DNA of 26,044 bases from a virus (IMGVR_UViG_3300044609_000064:1-26044); one strand, 5' to 3'. Numbered from the stretch's first letter, positions 17,244-25,281 are shown. Notes: a model not told the origin generated them from the letters alone. Program-made: numbers and translations.

Positions 17244-17461
17244 CGCCGTGGTGCACGCTGCAATTCAGAACGCTTTTTGATCACTGCGTTGCCGGTTGAT
17301 TCCGATTTGATGCGCACGATCGGATCATCTTGACTGCCAACGCGGGTGACGCTACCGCCGCCTTGCGTGGGGATGGTTGCACGCTCACCGCCAATGCCTG
17401 TGATGACGCCAAATGTGCGCGTGCCTTGATACATCCAACTAACGCGATCACCGCGTTTCAT
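17240..17461 (-). CDS. Tudor-like (Hva1/DUF2945-like) small protein
   Basis: 73 aa. GDRVSW...G.I...TRVGSQDDPIVRIKSESTGNAVIKKRSEL resembles the DUF2945/Hva1 Tudor pattern. ATGA-coupled. Confidence 0.65.
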   Translation of the reverse strand: MKRGDRVSWMYQGTRTFGVITGIGGERATIPTQGGGSVTRVGSQDDPIVRIKSESTGNAVIKKRSELQRAPRR

Positions 17462-17628
17462 TTCTTCTTACCCTTGCGAGCTTTGCCAGCTTCAGATAGG
17501 GCAATTGCTATTGCCTGCTTGCGGCTTTTTACCTTTGGACCCTTGCCTGGTCCGGGTTTGCCGCTTTGCAGTGTCCCGCGCTTGTACTCGCCCATCACCT
17601 TGGCGATCTTGTCCTTCTTCTTCGCCAT
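17458..17628 (-). CDS. Small basic DUF6496-like protein
   Basis: MAKKKDKIAKVMGEYKRGTLQSG...KVKSRKQAIAIALSEAG. ATG at 17628 preferred over the TTG at 17643. Confidence 0.75.
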   Translation of the reverse strand: MAKKKDKIAKVMGEYKRGTLQSGKPGPGKGPKVKSRKQAIAIALSEAGKARKGKKK

Positions 17629-17797
17629 AGCGCCATTCCTCAATACCTGTTAACAGTGTAGAGCCGTCAGCTGTTGCCCAGCCCTTGTCGGTGTAGATAG
17701 CTGGCACCCATGCCTCGCCATGCAGTGCTTCTACGGGATCACTTGAGATGCAGTAGATGCCAGCATTTTGAAAATGCCGCAGACTAGGCAGGTCCAT
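17492..17797 (-). CDS. Hypothetical protein (C-terminal part overlaps the next gene)
   Basis: Fills the gap after the minor head gene. The first ~56 aa look globular (SDPVEAL...WVPAIYTDKGWATADG...IEEWR). Confidence 0.55.
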   Translation of the reverse strand: MDLPSLRHFQNAGIYCISSDPVEALHGEAWVPAIYTDKGWATADGSTLLTGIEEWRYGEEEGQDRQGDGRVQARDTAKRQTRTRQGSKGKKPQAGNSNCPI

Positions 17798-18974
17798 ATC
17801 GTGCGCGGAGCTGATCTAATGTTAACTCTGAGCCATCATCGCGGACTAACTTAGCGACGGCATCAGTCGGGCCATACTTATCGGCAAGGCGATTGAAGTA
17901 CGGCACTTTGTTTGCGCCCAATGCCTTTGCTTTGGTCTCAAGGTCTTGCTTTGCTAGCCAGTCGCCGTATGAGACATCTGCCGGCACCTGACCACCTGCT
18001 GATGCACGCTTTGCCGGTGCTGGTGGGATGAAACCTAGCTCGTCGTAGTCGATCACCGGCACCGTCGTGCTGCGGCAGTTGAAGTGCTGCGGCGGAGTCG
18101 GGCCTTTGCCGTATTCAAACTCACGACCATCCAATGCACGGCAAATGCTGCTGGTGCGGGTATCCAGTGTTGCCACATAGCGATACTTCTTAGTGATGTC
18201 TTGATTAGCCTCGTATACCTGCTGACTGGCTGCATTGGCAACTTGATTGATACTTGTGCGGACAAGGGTGACGATTTGGTTGTCTGCGACTGCCGTTGCC
18301 TGGCCGCCTGCTGCGACCAGTTGCTTCACGGTCTTGGCTTCTTCGCCAAATTCAAGATTGCCAACCAGCCGCTTAGCGATAGCTGGTGTTGGCTCACCAG
18401 TCAGCAATCCTTGCCGCACAACCTGCGAAAACCGCTCAGCCTGGTCAACGGCGATGCCGCGAAATGCCTTGGTGACCACTTCGCCATTGGGTAATGTGAT
18501 CGTGGCGCCTTGCGCTGCAGTGAGGCTGTAGGTCTGCGGTGAGCCGTACGCTGCGGCGAACAAATCATCGCTCAAGGTCACCACATTGATTTGCGTTGGA
18601 TCGGTGGTCACCACTGACTGCGCAAATTGCGGACTGATCTCAACGGTGCGCACTGCATCACGTGCACCTGCTGGCAATGCGCGGCGCAGTTGATCGACGA
18701 CAAACTCAGATTGCAGCTCTGCAATGCCTTGCAGTTCTAATGCCGTCAGCTCTGTTGCATCACCTGCCCATGTTGCCAAGCTGTCCTTGAGTTGTGCAAG
18801 AATTGCACGCAGTCGTGCTGCTTTAACTGGTGCCGCTAGATCATCAATGGTGCGCAGTTGATTAGCAGCATCAACGATGATGTCGTTGTAGGCATTGATG
18901 ACACGCCGCGCAACGCTATTGCTGTAGCGGTTTAGATCAATCGCATTGCGATATAGCGCTTCTGGAGTGCTCAT
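17784..18974 (-). CDS. Minor head / head morphogenesis protein (SPP1 gp7, Mu gpF family)
   Basis: YRYVATLDTRTSSICRALDG...PPQHFNCRST motif, downstream of the portal. Confidence 0.92.
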   Translation of the reverse strand: MSTPEALYRNAIDLNRYSNSVARRVINAYNDIIVDAANQLRTIDDLAAPVKAARLRAILAQLKDSLATWAGDATELTALELQGIAELQSEFVVDQLRRALPAGARDAVRTVEISPQFAQSVVTTDPTQINVVTLSDDLFAAAYGSPQTYSLTAAQGATITLPNGEVVTKAFRGIAVDQAERFSQVVRQGLLTGEPTPAIAKRLVGNLEFGEEAKTVKQLVAAGGQATAVADNQIVTLVRTSINQVANAASQQVYEANQDITKKYRYVATLDTRTSSICRALDGREFEYGKGPTPPQHFNCRSTTVPVIDYDELGFIPPAPAKRASAGGQVPADVSYGDWLAKQDLETKAKALGANKVPYFNRLADKYGPTDAVAKLVRDDGSELTLDQLRARYGPA

Positions 18975-19315
18975 CGTTCAATGCCAAGATCTTCCGGTTG
19001 ATATCCGCTGCGGATGCTGACATTAGCGCCGCGGTTTAACGCAGTGGTGATTAGAGCTGCGAATGCGTCATAACCGTTTTGACCATCTTCGTACAGGATG
19101 GTTTCATCCACTTCATCTGGCCTACCTTCCTTGTACCAACTAATGCGCACGATGGCTAGAATCTCTTCCGGTAAAGCACTGACGTGATAATCAAGCTCTT
19201 GTCTCCTGGGTTTCTTTGGTTCCATCCAGATCATCAGGTCCACTAAGCGGTCGGTTATCCAGTCCAGCAGGTTGTAGATCAAGCCCCGCATTGGCCGTAG
19301 CCTCAAGCTCCTCAT
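18971..19315 (-). CDS. Hypothetical protein
   Basis: ATGA-coupled to the minor head gene. Start uncertain (ATGs at 19315, 19291, 19234, 19225), all overlapping the portal 3' end. Confidence 0.65.
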   Translation of the reverse strand: MRSLRLRPMRGLIYNLLDWITDRLVDLMIWMEPKKPRRQELDYHVSALPEEILAIVRISWYKEGRPDEVDETILYEDGQNGYDAFAALITTALNRGANVSIRSGYQPEDLGIER

Positions 19316-20636
19316 CCACGTTAAAGTCGTCGCCTAACACATCGCCTTCGGCAAGCTCACGCAGTAATGTTTCTTGCGTGATTGTGCCTGCGGTGTAAAG
19401 CTGCAGCAGTGCTTGGATCTCTTGCGGCTCAAGGCGTGTGCCGAGGAAGTCGCGGTTGACGTAGCTGCTGCCAGCAGATGTGTTGTTGCCGATGTACTGC
19501 GCATGAAACCGTAGGCAGTTGTCGATCGTGTCCTGCACATTCTGCGCAATCACCATCATGGTGCTGTCGCCTTGGCTGCGATCAATGCGCTTTGCTTCTG
19601 CAGTTTCTGCCGATAGCTTCTGGCCAAGCACAGCCGATAGACCTAGCTCATTGATCTGCAATGCAAGCTGCTCAAGCCTGCGGAACTGATAGTCAAAGCT
19701 GCGGCCGGCGGGTTCGATGTATTCCGCGCGACCATCAGCGGGGAATGCGATTGCCTCACCTGGTCCGGCGCTGACTTCTTCCGCAGCAGACGGAAAGCCG
19801 TAGAACGCCAGCATCGGCACAGCGCTGATGTGGAGTTGATTGTCTAGATCGCTCTGAATCTGATATGCCTTGAGGTTTAGCTCAGCGATGTCTTCCAGCG
19901 GCGGCCGTGACTCCATAAAGCCATGACGCTGCGCATAGGCAACTGAAAATGGAACCTCGCTGAGGCTGGTGCGGCCTTCGTCGACAACTTGGAAGTCACC
20001 ATTGTCTTGCTTCTGATGCAGCTGGAATTCACCTGGCGTCAGCACGCGGATCTGCTCGACTGTTTTTTCGCCGAAGTCACCGTCAGGTATGGTGACCATT
20101 TCAGCTAACCGCAACTGCGTCAGCACCTGCCGGCCTTCCTGTTGCTCAGCGCGCCAGCCAAGGATTTGCCGCGGCGTATAGCTCACCCAATAGGGTCGAC
20201 CGCCATCAGCAGGTGCATCCACCAGTACACCAACGTGGCCATAACGGACCATCTTGCGCGTGGTTTCATAGGTCCAAACGTTGAGGTCATTGCCTTGTAG
20301 GTCAACATCAAACAACTGCTCGCGGATGATGTCAGCTGTGTCATCAAGCCGTACTGGCTTACGCGTCAACATGCCAGCCATCATCCGCTCTAGGCGTTGA
20401 TAGAACGGCGGGCATACGCTGCGTGCTAGGCGATTGTCATAGGACTCATCTAGCTCACGCGGCTCTTGTGGCAGATACCTGCGATGCTTGCGACGCATCC
20501 CATAGGTGCCTTGCAGCAGATCTTCGATCAGGATCCAATGCGGCTCTTGTGCGTACCATGCCGTGTTGGCATCTTGCACGCGAGTAACGCGGCGCTGCGC
20601 AATAGGCCGGTCGTATGCATTAAAGCCGGTGTACAT
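19191..20636 (-). CDS. Portal protein (DUF4055-like)
   Basis: 481 aa. YLPQEPRE...YDNRLARS, DVDLQGNDL, YGHVGVLVDAP, RPYWVSYTPRQILGW, PPLEDIAELNL...QSD. Confidence 0.92.
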   Translation of the reverse strand: MYTGFNAYDRPIAQRRVTRVQDANTAWYAQEPHWILIEDLLQGTYGMRRKHRRYLPQEPRELDESYDNRLARSVCPPFYQRLERMMAGMLTRKPVRLDDTADIIREQLFDVDLQGNDLNVWTYETTRKMVRYGHVGVLVDAPADGGRPYWVSYTPRQILGWRAEQQEGRQVLTQLRLAEMVTIPDGDFGEKTVEQIRVLTPGEFQLHQKQDNGDFQVVDEGRTSLSEVPFSVAYAQRHGFMESRPPLEDIAELNLKAYQIQSDLDNQLHISAVPMLAFYGFPSAAEEVSAGPGEAIAFPADGRAEYIEPAGRSFDYQFRRLEQLALQINELGLSAVLGQKLSAETAEAKRIDRSQGDSTMMVIAQNVQDTIDNCLRFHAQYIGNNTSAGSSYVNRDFLGTRLEPQEIQALLQLYTAGTITQETLLRELAEGDVLGDDFNVDEELEATANAGLDLQPAGLDNRPLSGPDDLDGTKETQETRA

Positions 20637-20662
20637 TACAGCGCCGCAGTCATAGGTGCAGT

Positions 20663-20983
20663 TTAAGCAGCAGTCAGCGTGATGCTGTTGCGGCCAATCT
20701 TGATGTCAAACTCAGCGCCGGGTTCGTATCCCATTTCACGCAGGTAGCCATCACCGATTTGCAGCTTGCCGTTGAATTGCACCTTGGCTTTGTAGGTCAA
20801 GCCGCGGCCACGCTTGGCAGTTTTGCCGTTGAGGTCAAGTCCCTTGGCTTCCAGCAGTGCCTCATAGAACTGCGTGAATGCGACGCGATCCTTGACGACA
20901 TAACCGCAAGCGCGTACCAATTCAGACTTTGGCATGTCGCCAAGTTCTTTGACCTTGGCGAGTAGTTCAGCACCCTTGAGCAT
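20663..20983 (-). CDS. Cyanobacterial AbrB-like (cyAbrB) transcriptional regulator
   Basis: LKGAELLAKVKEL...KSELVRACGY...FYEALLEAKG...GRGLTYKAKVQFNGKLQIG..Y...MG..PG.EF.IK.GR..I.L matches the cyAbrB family. Confidence 0.9.
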   Translation of the reverse strand: MLKGAELLAKVKELGDMPKSELVRACGYVVKDRVAFTQFYEALLEAKGLDLNGKTAKRGRGLTYKAKVQFNGKLQIGDGYLREMGYEPGAEFDIKIGRNSITLTAA

Positions 20984-21007
20984 GGGTAGATGTAATAGTT
21001 GGCGGAA

Positions 21008-22357
21008 TCAATATAGTCTGATGCCTGTGCTACGGCCAGCACCTGCGTGCAATGGGTTGAATTCACGCCATATCAAGTAGCCGAGCGCGTCATTCATGTG
21101 GTCGTGGCCGGCATCCTTGTCGGGGTCGCCTTTGTCGGTGTAGCACTGCAGCTCTAGGCATTCGATCAGCCGCTTACAGCGCTGGTGGATGCTCAGCCTG
21201 ACCTGGCCCTTGCCGTTTTCCAGCAAAGCCTGAACAGCAGCCACGCGATCACGAACGGGAGGATTTGCGCGTGGTGACTGGTTTGACATGCCATAGGACT
21301 CCAGGATTTGAATGTCTGTCTGGCTTGCGTTGGTGCTGCGGTTGCCGCCGCTGGCATCTGGATAGATGTAGATACGACGATGCGGGTAACGCGCTTGGAT
21401 CTCTTGCGCCAGTGCGTCGGTGTCATGCGCGCCGCTGATCTCATCAATCACTAGCAGGCTGCTGCCGCTGCGGACGCCGATCACGGCAGACATGTTGCCA
21501 ACGTTGAAGTCAACGCCAATGCGCAACGGCTCGCGGTCTAGATCCGGCAGCTCAGCTACCACGTGCTTCTCACGGCTGAACCGGTCGTAGATGGTGCCAG
21601 TGGTCAGGTTGACGAACTCGCCGTCCAGATAAGCCCGCAGCAGGTTGGGGTCGTAGTTGGCCTGCAGGCGTTCGATGAAATCCGGCGGCAGATGCGGATT
21701 GTCGACTGACCGCATCTTGATCAGCTTGCGATCAGCGCGACCCTTGGCGTCCTCACTGCCGAATGTATTCCACATCCATCGGAAGCCTTCTGGTGTGCTA
21801 GCAGCGCCAAACTGCCGCACATTGCCGGAACGCAAGCGACCAAGGATCTTAGGGAATGCCTTGTTGGCAATGGATGGCGTCACCGTGTCGATCTCATCGG
21901 CAAGCACCCATGCAAGGTTTAGGCCGATGATGCGGCTCCAGTTCTCGAAGCTGCGGCACAGGATCTTTGTATCACCGCCTGGTAGGTGCAGCATGTATTC
22001 AGGCAGCGGTGATGCCCTGAAGGTGTATGGGATCTCATACGCCTCGAGAAACTGCTCGAAGTCGTTCTGCCAGATATCACGGATCAATGGGCCAGTTGGC
22101 TCCATCACAGCGCCGATGAAGCCTTGATTGGCCGCGGCCAGCATCACCGCTTTAGCGCATAGCGCACGTGTCTTGCCGGCGCCGTAGCCCGCGCTGATGC
22201 CAAGGATCTGCGTGTCGCTGTCATCGACAAAAGCAAGCTGGCCAGGATGCAGGTCAGCACGGATGCGCTGCAGCAGATCGCCCGTATCCTCTTGCGTTGC
22301 GACATCCATGAACCCAAGCAGGCTGCCGGGTTGGCAGATGCCGGCAAGCAGGCTCAT
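21008..22357 (-). CDS. terL: Terminase large subunit
   Basis: Walker A AGYGAGKT, Walker B WVLADE, ASTPEG, DNPHLP, nuclease GVDFN and DHMNDALGY. Confidence 0.95.
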   Translation of the reverse strand: MSLLAGICQPGSLLGFMDVATQEDTGDLLQRIRADLHPGQLAFVDDSDTQILGISAGYGAGKTRALCAKAVMLAAANQGFIGAVMEPTGPLIRDIWQNDFEQFLEAYEIPYTFRASPLPEYMLHLPGGDTKILCRSFENWSRIIGLNLAWVLADEIDTVTPSIANKAFPKILGRLRSGNVRQFGAASTPEGFRWMWNTFGSEDAKGRADRKLIKMRSVDNPHLPPDFIERLQANYDPNLLRAYLDGEFVNLTTGTIYDRFSREKHVVAELPDLDREPLRIGVDFNVGNMSAVIGVRSGSSLLVIDEISGAHDTDALAQEIQARYPHRRIYIYPDASGGNRSTNASQTDIQILESYGMSNQSPRANPPVRDRVAAVQALLENGKGQVRLSIHQRCKRLIECLELQCYTDKGDPDKDAGHDHMNDALGYLIWREFNPLHAGAGRSTGIRLY

Positions 22358-22482
22358 GCGGGCTCGCTAACGACAGTTTTGACAGTGCCATCAGGCTTGA
22401 TGGAAATGACCTTGTAAATGCGTGGCTCATTGCCCTTGGGCTTGAGCAGGCGACCTACGGCGGTGATTTCAGGTTTGATCAT
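22354..22482 (-). CDS. 42-aa hypothetical protein
   Basis: MIKPEITAVGRLLKPKGNEPRIYKVISIKPDGTVKTVVSEPA*. ATGA overlaps at both ends. Missed by the ORF track. Confidence 0.75.
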   Translation of the reverse strand: MIKPEITAVGRLLKPKGNEPRIYKVISIKPDGTVKTVVSEPA

Positions 22483-23198
22483 GCGCGACGACGACGGCGA
22501 GGTTTTGGTGGCCGGGTGTTGCCACGGCCTGGCTGAATGTTATTGCTTCCTTTTGCAGCCTTACCTGAACCGGTAAATGCCAGCTGGTTGGCGTAGATCT
22601 GTTGGGCACGAGCCGCTGGTTTGCTACCACGTGCTGCTGCAGCTGCTGCACGCTCAGCACGACCTTGGATGATGTCACGCGCTCCACGGTTCATGAAGCC
22701 AACAGAAGTACGCCCATGAATACCAGCAAGGCGTCCTTTCAAGCCAGGCTCTGAACGGTTTGCGATTTGCCGAGCGTGTTGAAGATTGATTTTATGCGTA
22801 AATTTATCGTGCTCGTCCAAGACTTTCCGAACACGCCCTTTCAAGCTGGTGTCAGGCTTGCCGGCGACAGACTGAATGCGTCTAACCGCTTGCGCCGCTT
22901 GCCCTTCGGGCGTTTGTGGTTTATATGAGCGCACAGCATTTGCACGCAATGCACGCGGATGGCCGGCCTTGCTTTTGCCAAGTCGGCGAATGTTGTTTGC
23001 TCCAACTGAAGGAGCTGCCGCAGTGGGTTTTGCTGACGGCTTGGGCTTTGCGCTGATCACGCCCTTTCCACCGCCAGCGATTCTCTTTGTCTGCGTTGCA
23101 CGCTTATTACCACTGGCTGTTGCTAGCCGTCCGCCACGCGCAGTAGCGCCAGCGCTGGAAAACCTGCCTTTGCTATCGCGTGCGTAACGGCGTGCCAT
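22479..23198 (-). CDS. Highly basic, low-complexity protein
   Basis: 239 aa, Arg/Lys/Ala/Gly-rich with few acidic residues. MARRYARDSKGRF start, PKPRRRRRA end. Confidence 0.75.
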   Translation of the reverse strand: MARRYARDSKGRFSSAGATARGGRLATASGNKRATQTKRIAGGGKGVISAKPKPSAKPTAAAPSVGANNIRRLGKSKAGHPRALRANAVRSYKPQTPEGQAAQAVRRIQSVAGKPDTSLKGRVRKVLDEHDKFTHKINLQHARQIANRSEPGLKGRLAGIHGRTSVGFMNRGARDIIQGRAERAAAAAARGSKPAARAQQIYANQLAFTGSGKAAKGSNNIQPGRGNTRPPKPRRRRRA

Positions 23199-23222
23199 GG
23201 TGCTATTGGCTTATGTGCCAGT

Positions 23223-23546
23223 CTACGAGATCTCAAACCGCAACAGTTTGGCTTGATCCTCTAGAGCTTTGATTGCAATGCTGAGATTACCTTTAGCGCG
23301 TGCTTCGCGTTCGTAATCCTGCAGCCTTGCTAGTGCAGCTTGCAGCCATTGCGGGCGCTCTAACTCTGAGTCAAGGGCAATCAGCTTGCGCGCTTCCGCC
23401 ATGTAATCGCGCACTTGGCGCTCGCTAACGCCCCACAGCTCGGAACCGTGTTGAACGATCTGATGATGGCTGTGAGCACGCAGGATGAGGTCATAAACCA
23501 CGTTGACGCGGTTCTGAATCTCATCCTTAGTGCTCTTCTTTGCCAC
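23223..23546 (-). CDS. Putative terminase small subunit
   Basis: 107 aa, GTG start. HTH-like WGVSERQVRDY followed by helices ending AIKALEDQAKLL. Upstream of terL. Confidence 0.65.
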   Translation of the reverse strand: MAKKSTKDEIQNRVNVVYDLILRAHSHHQIVQHGSELWGVSERQVRDYMAEARKLIALDSELERPQWLQAALARLQDYEREARAKGNLSIAIKALEDQAKLLRFEIS

Positions 23547-23549
23547 CTA

Positions 23550-24590
23550 TTAGCCCTTGATTTGCACAGGCATTACAAGATACGTTACACCGTCCACTGC
23601 ATCAGGTGTCAATACCACGGGAGTGGTTGCCGTATTGGCGTGCAGTGTAATGGCTTCTGCGGGCTTGAACGCCTTGATGCCGTCTAGCAGGTAGTGGACA
23701 TTAAACGCCCATGCGCCAGTGGCAGCGCCTTCTACGGCTAGCAGCTCGCGGCCATTGTTGGCATCGGCTTCTGCGCTGATCTCAAGGCCACCACTGCCGG
23801 CGGTGAGCTTGACGATGGAGTTGTGCGCATCGGCAATGATGGCGACACGCTCTAGTGCGCGCGTCAGGCGGCGCCGGTCGGCGGTGATGGTGTGCTTGAA
23901 ATCACCGGGTACCAGCTTGGCCACGTCTGGGTAGGTGCCATCCATGATGCGGCTGTAGATGGTGATGCCATCGCCTGCGTCAATCACGGCTTGCCCTTTG
24001 GCAACGGCAATGGTGACCACGCGGTCTTGCAGCAGGCGCATGGTGCTGGCTGGTAGCACGATGTCTAAGCCATCTGGCAGGTCAATGGCGTAACGCATGA
24101 GGCGATGGCCATCTGTGGCTTCCATGTGGCCATTGCCGAGATGGATGCCTTGAAGCATCTGCTTGCTGGCGTCGGTGCTGGCAGCTGCCATGCAGGCGCG
24201 GATGCCGGCGGATAGGTGCAGCTCGCTCGTGGCGGCGTCTACAACCGGCAGCGCGGGGTAATCCGCCGCATCAGCCGCTGCAAGCCCGTAGGAGCCCGCA
24301 GAAGCCGTCAGAGCACCATCTGCGAGGGCCAGAGCCTCATCGCCCTCAAAGCGGCTTACAAGCCCAGCCAGCAGCCGATACGGCAGCGCTACAGCGCCAT
24401 CGGTCTCAACTGCAGCGGGAATGGTGACGGTGATGCCGAGATCAAGGTTGAAGCCGGTGATGGTCATGACACCACCAGCGGCTTGGATCAGGCAGCAATC
24501 AAGTATTGGGTGCGAACTGCGATGGCCAACAGCGGGCGCAATGGTGCGCAACGCGTGATCGAGATCGGCTTGGCAGGTAACGGCTTTCAT
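23550..24590 (-). CDS. dnaN: DNA polymerase III beta sliding clamp
   Basis: SHPIL, GFNLDLGI, DYPALP, ATDGHRL, GTYPDV, ALERVAI, AFNVHYLLDG, YLVMPVQI. Confidence 0.93.
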   Translation of the reverse strand: MKAVTCQADLDHALRTIAPAVGHRSSHPILDCCLIQAAGGVMTITGFNLDLGITVTIPAAVETDGAVALPYRLLAGLVSRFEGDEALALADGALTASAGSYGLAAADAADYPALPVVDAATSELHLSAGIRACMAAASTDASKQMLQGIHLGNGHMEATDGHRLMRYAIDLPDGLDIVLPASTMRLLQDRVVTIAVAKGQAVIDAGDGITIYSRIMDGTYPDVAKLVPGDFKHTITADRRRLTRALERVAIIADAHNSIVKLTAGSGGLEISAEADANNGRELLAVEGAATGAWAFNVHYLLDGIKAFKPAEAITLHANTATTPVVLTPDAVDGVTYLVMPVQIKG

Positions 24591-24817
24591 TTGGCGGTAG
24601 CGGCAGTGACGAGGCTGGTGATGATGCGTTCGTAATCAGCGGCGAAGCTGTCGACCAGCTCCATGGGTAGGGGCACGCCGTCATCAATGGCGTTGTCGGC
24701 AATGGCCGCGGCATACGCCACTGCTTGGGTCATGGTCTCATGCAGCCGATTGATCACCGGTTGCTGCTTGGCTGGAATGTGAATGAGCGATGACATATGC
24801 AACAAGAGTTTCAACAT
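24587..24817 (-). CDS. Hypothetical protein
   Basis: ATGA-coupled to dnaN. Real start may be the ATG at 24796 or later. Confidence 0.6.
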   Translation of the reverse strand: MLKLLLHMSSLIHIPAKQQPVINRLHETMTQAVAYAAAIADNAIDDGVPLPMELVDSFAADYERIITSLVTAATAK

Positions 24818-25019
24818 GACGGCGGTTCAGGTCGCCGCGCATGAAGGCGCATGCGTCCGCCACCAGCGCATGGTACGCCGCCGTGGTCAATCCTGCAACA
24901 ACCCCGCCACTCAAAGCACGCTGCCGGATCAGGTGCGCACGTGGGATGCCATGCGCTGCTGCTTCGGCATTCAACCGCGCCAGGTCGTCACCGGTGACAT
25001 TGATCTTGATTTCGGGCAT
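24738..25019 (-). CDS. Putative ribbon-helix-helix DNA-binding protein
   Basis: MPEIKINVTGDDLARLNAEAAAHGIPRAHLIRQRAL has a CopG/RHH-like strand-helix-G-helix pattern. Confidence 0.55.
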   Translation of the reverse strand: MPEIKINVTGDDLARLNAEAAAHGIPRAHLIRQRALSGGVVAGLTTAAYHALVADACAFMRGDLNRRHVETLVAYVIAHSHSSQAATGDQSAA

Positions 25020-25059
25020 TCAGTGGTTCCAATCGAGGCGGAGCATAGGCAGAAAGCGG

Positions 25060-25281
25060 CGTCCTAACGCAGTTTGCGGGGTTCGGACGGTGAGACGCCT
25101 TGCGGCAACTGGTCTTGTCCTACCGTCCTACCGTCCTAACCTCTTAATAAAATGGAATAAAGAGGAGGAGGAGGAGGAGGATTAGGAAACTCTTAAACCC
25201 TATGTAGGACCAGACGGGGATAGGACGGCTCAAAAACCAGTCACAGCCTGCGATCTGGCCGTCCACACCCACTTAGGACGG
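25060..25281. repeat. Iteron-like CGTCCTA repeats in both orientations around an AT/purine-rich core (putative replication origin)
   Basis: GTCCTACC GTCCTACC GTCCTAAC (25117-25140) and CGTCCTAAC (25060). Inverted TAGGAC at 25205, 25221, 25274. (GAG)6 at 25162-25179. Confidence 0.65.

Noticed and set aside
16258-17797. Prohead protease gene expected before the capsid gene
   Set aside because: No protease motifs found. A separate scaffold plus capsid fits protease-free P22/SPP1-type assembly.
11183-21006. 10-mer TCCGCCAACT (11183-11192) inverted at 20997-21006, and AGCCAATA shared by the leaders at 12573 and 23198
   Set aside because: Only two copies each, short enough to arise by chance, and one pair is in opposite orientation.
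24841-25185. Plus-strand ORF ending in poly-Glu (KEEEEEED)
   Set aside because: Produced by the (GAG)n tract and antisense to the RHH-like gene. No support as a protein.
25117-25228. Short repeats as a possible CRISPR or mini-array
   Set aside because: Units are 6-9 nt, in both orientations, with no regular spacers. Iteron-like instead.
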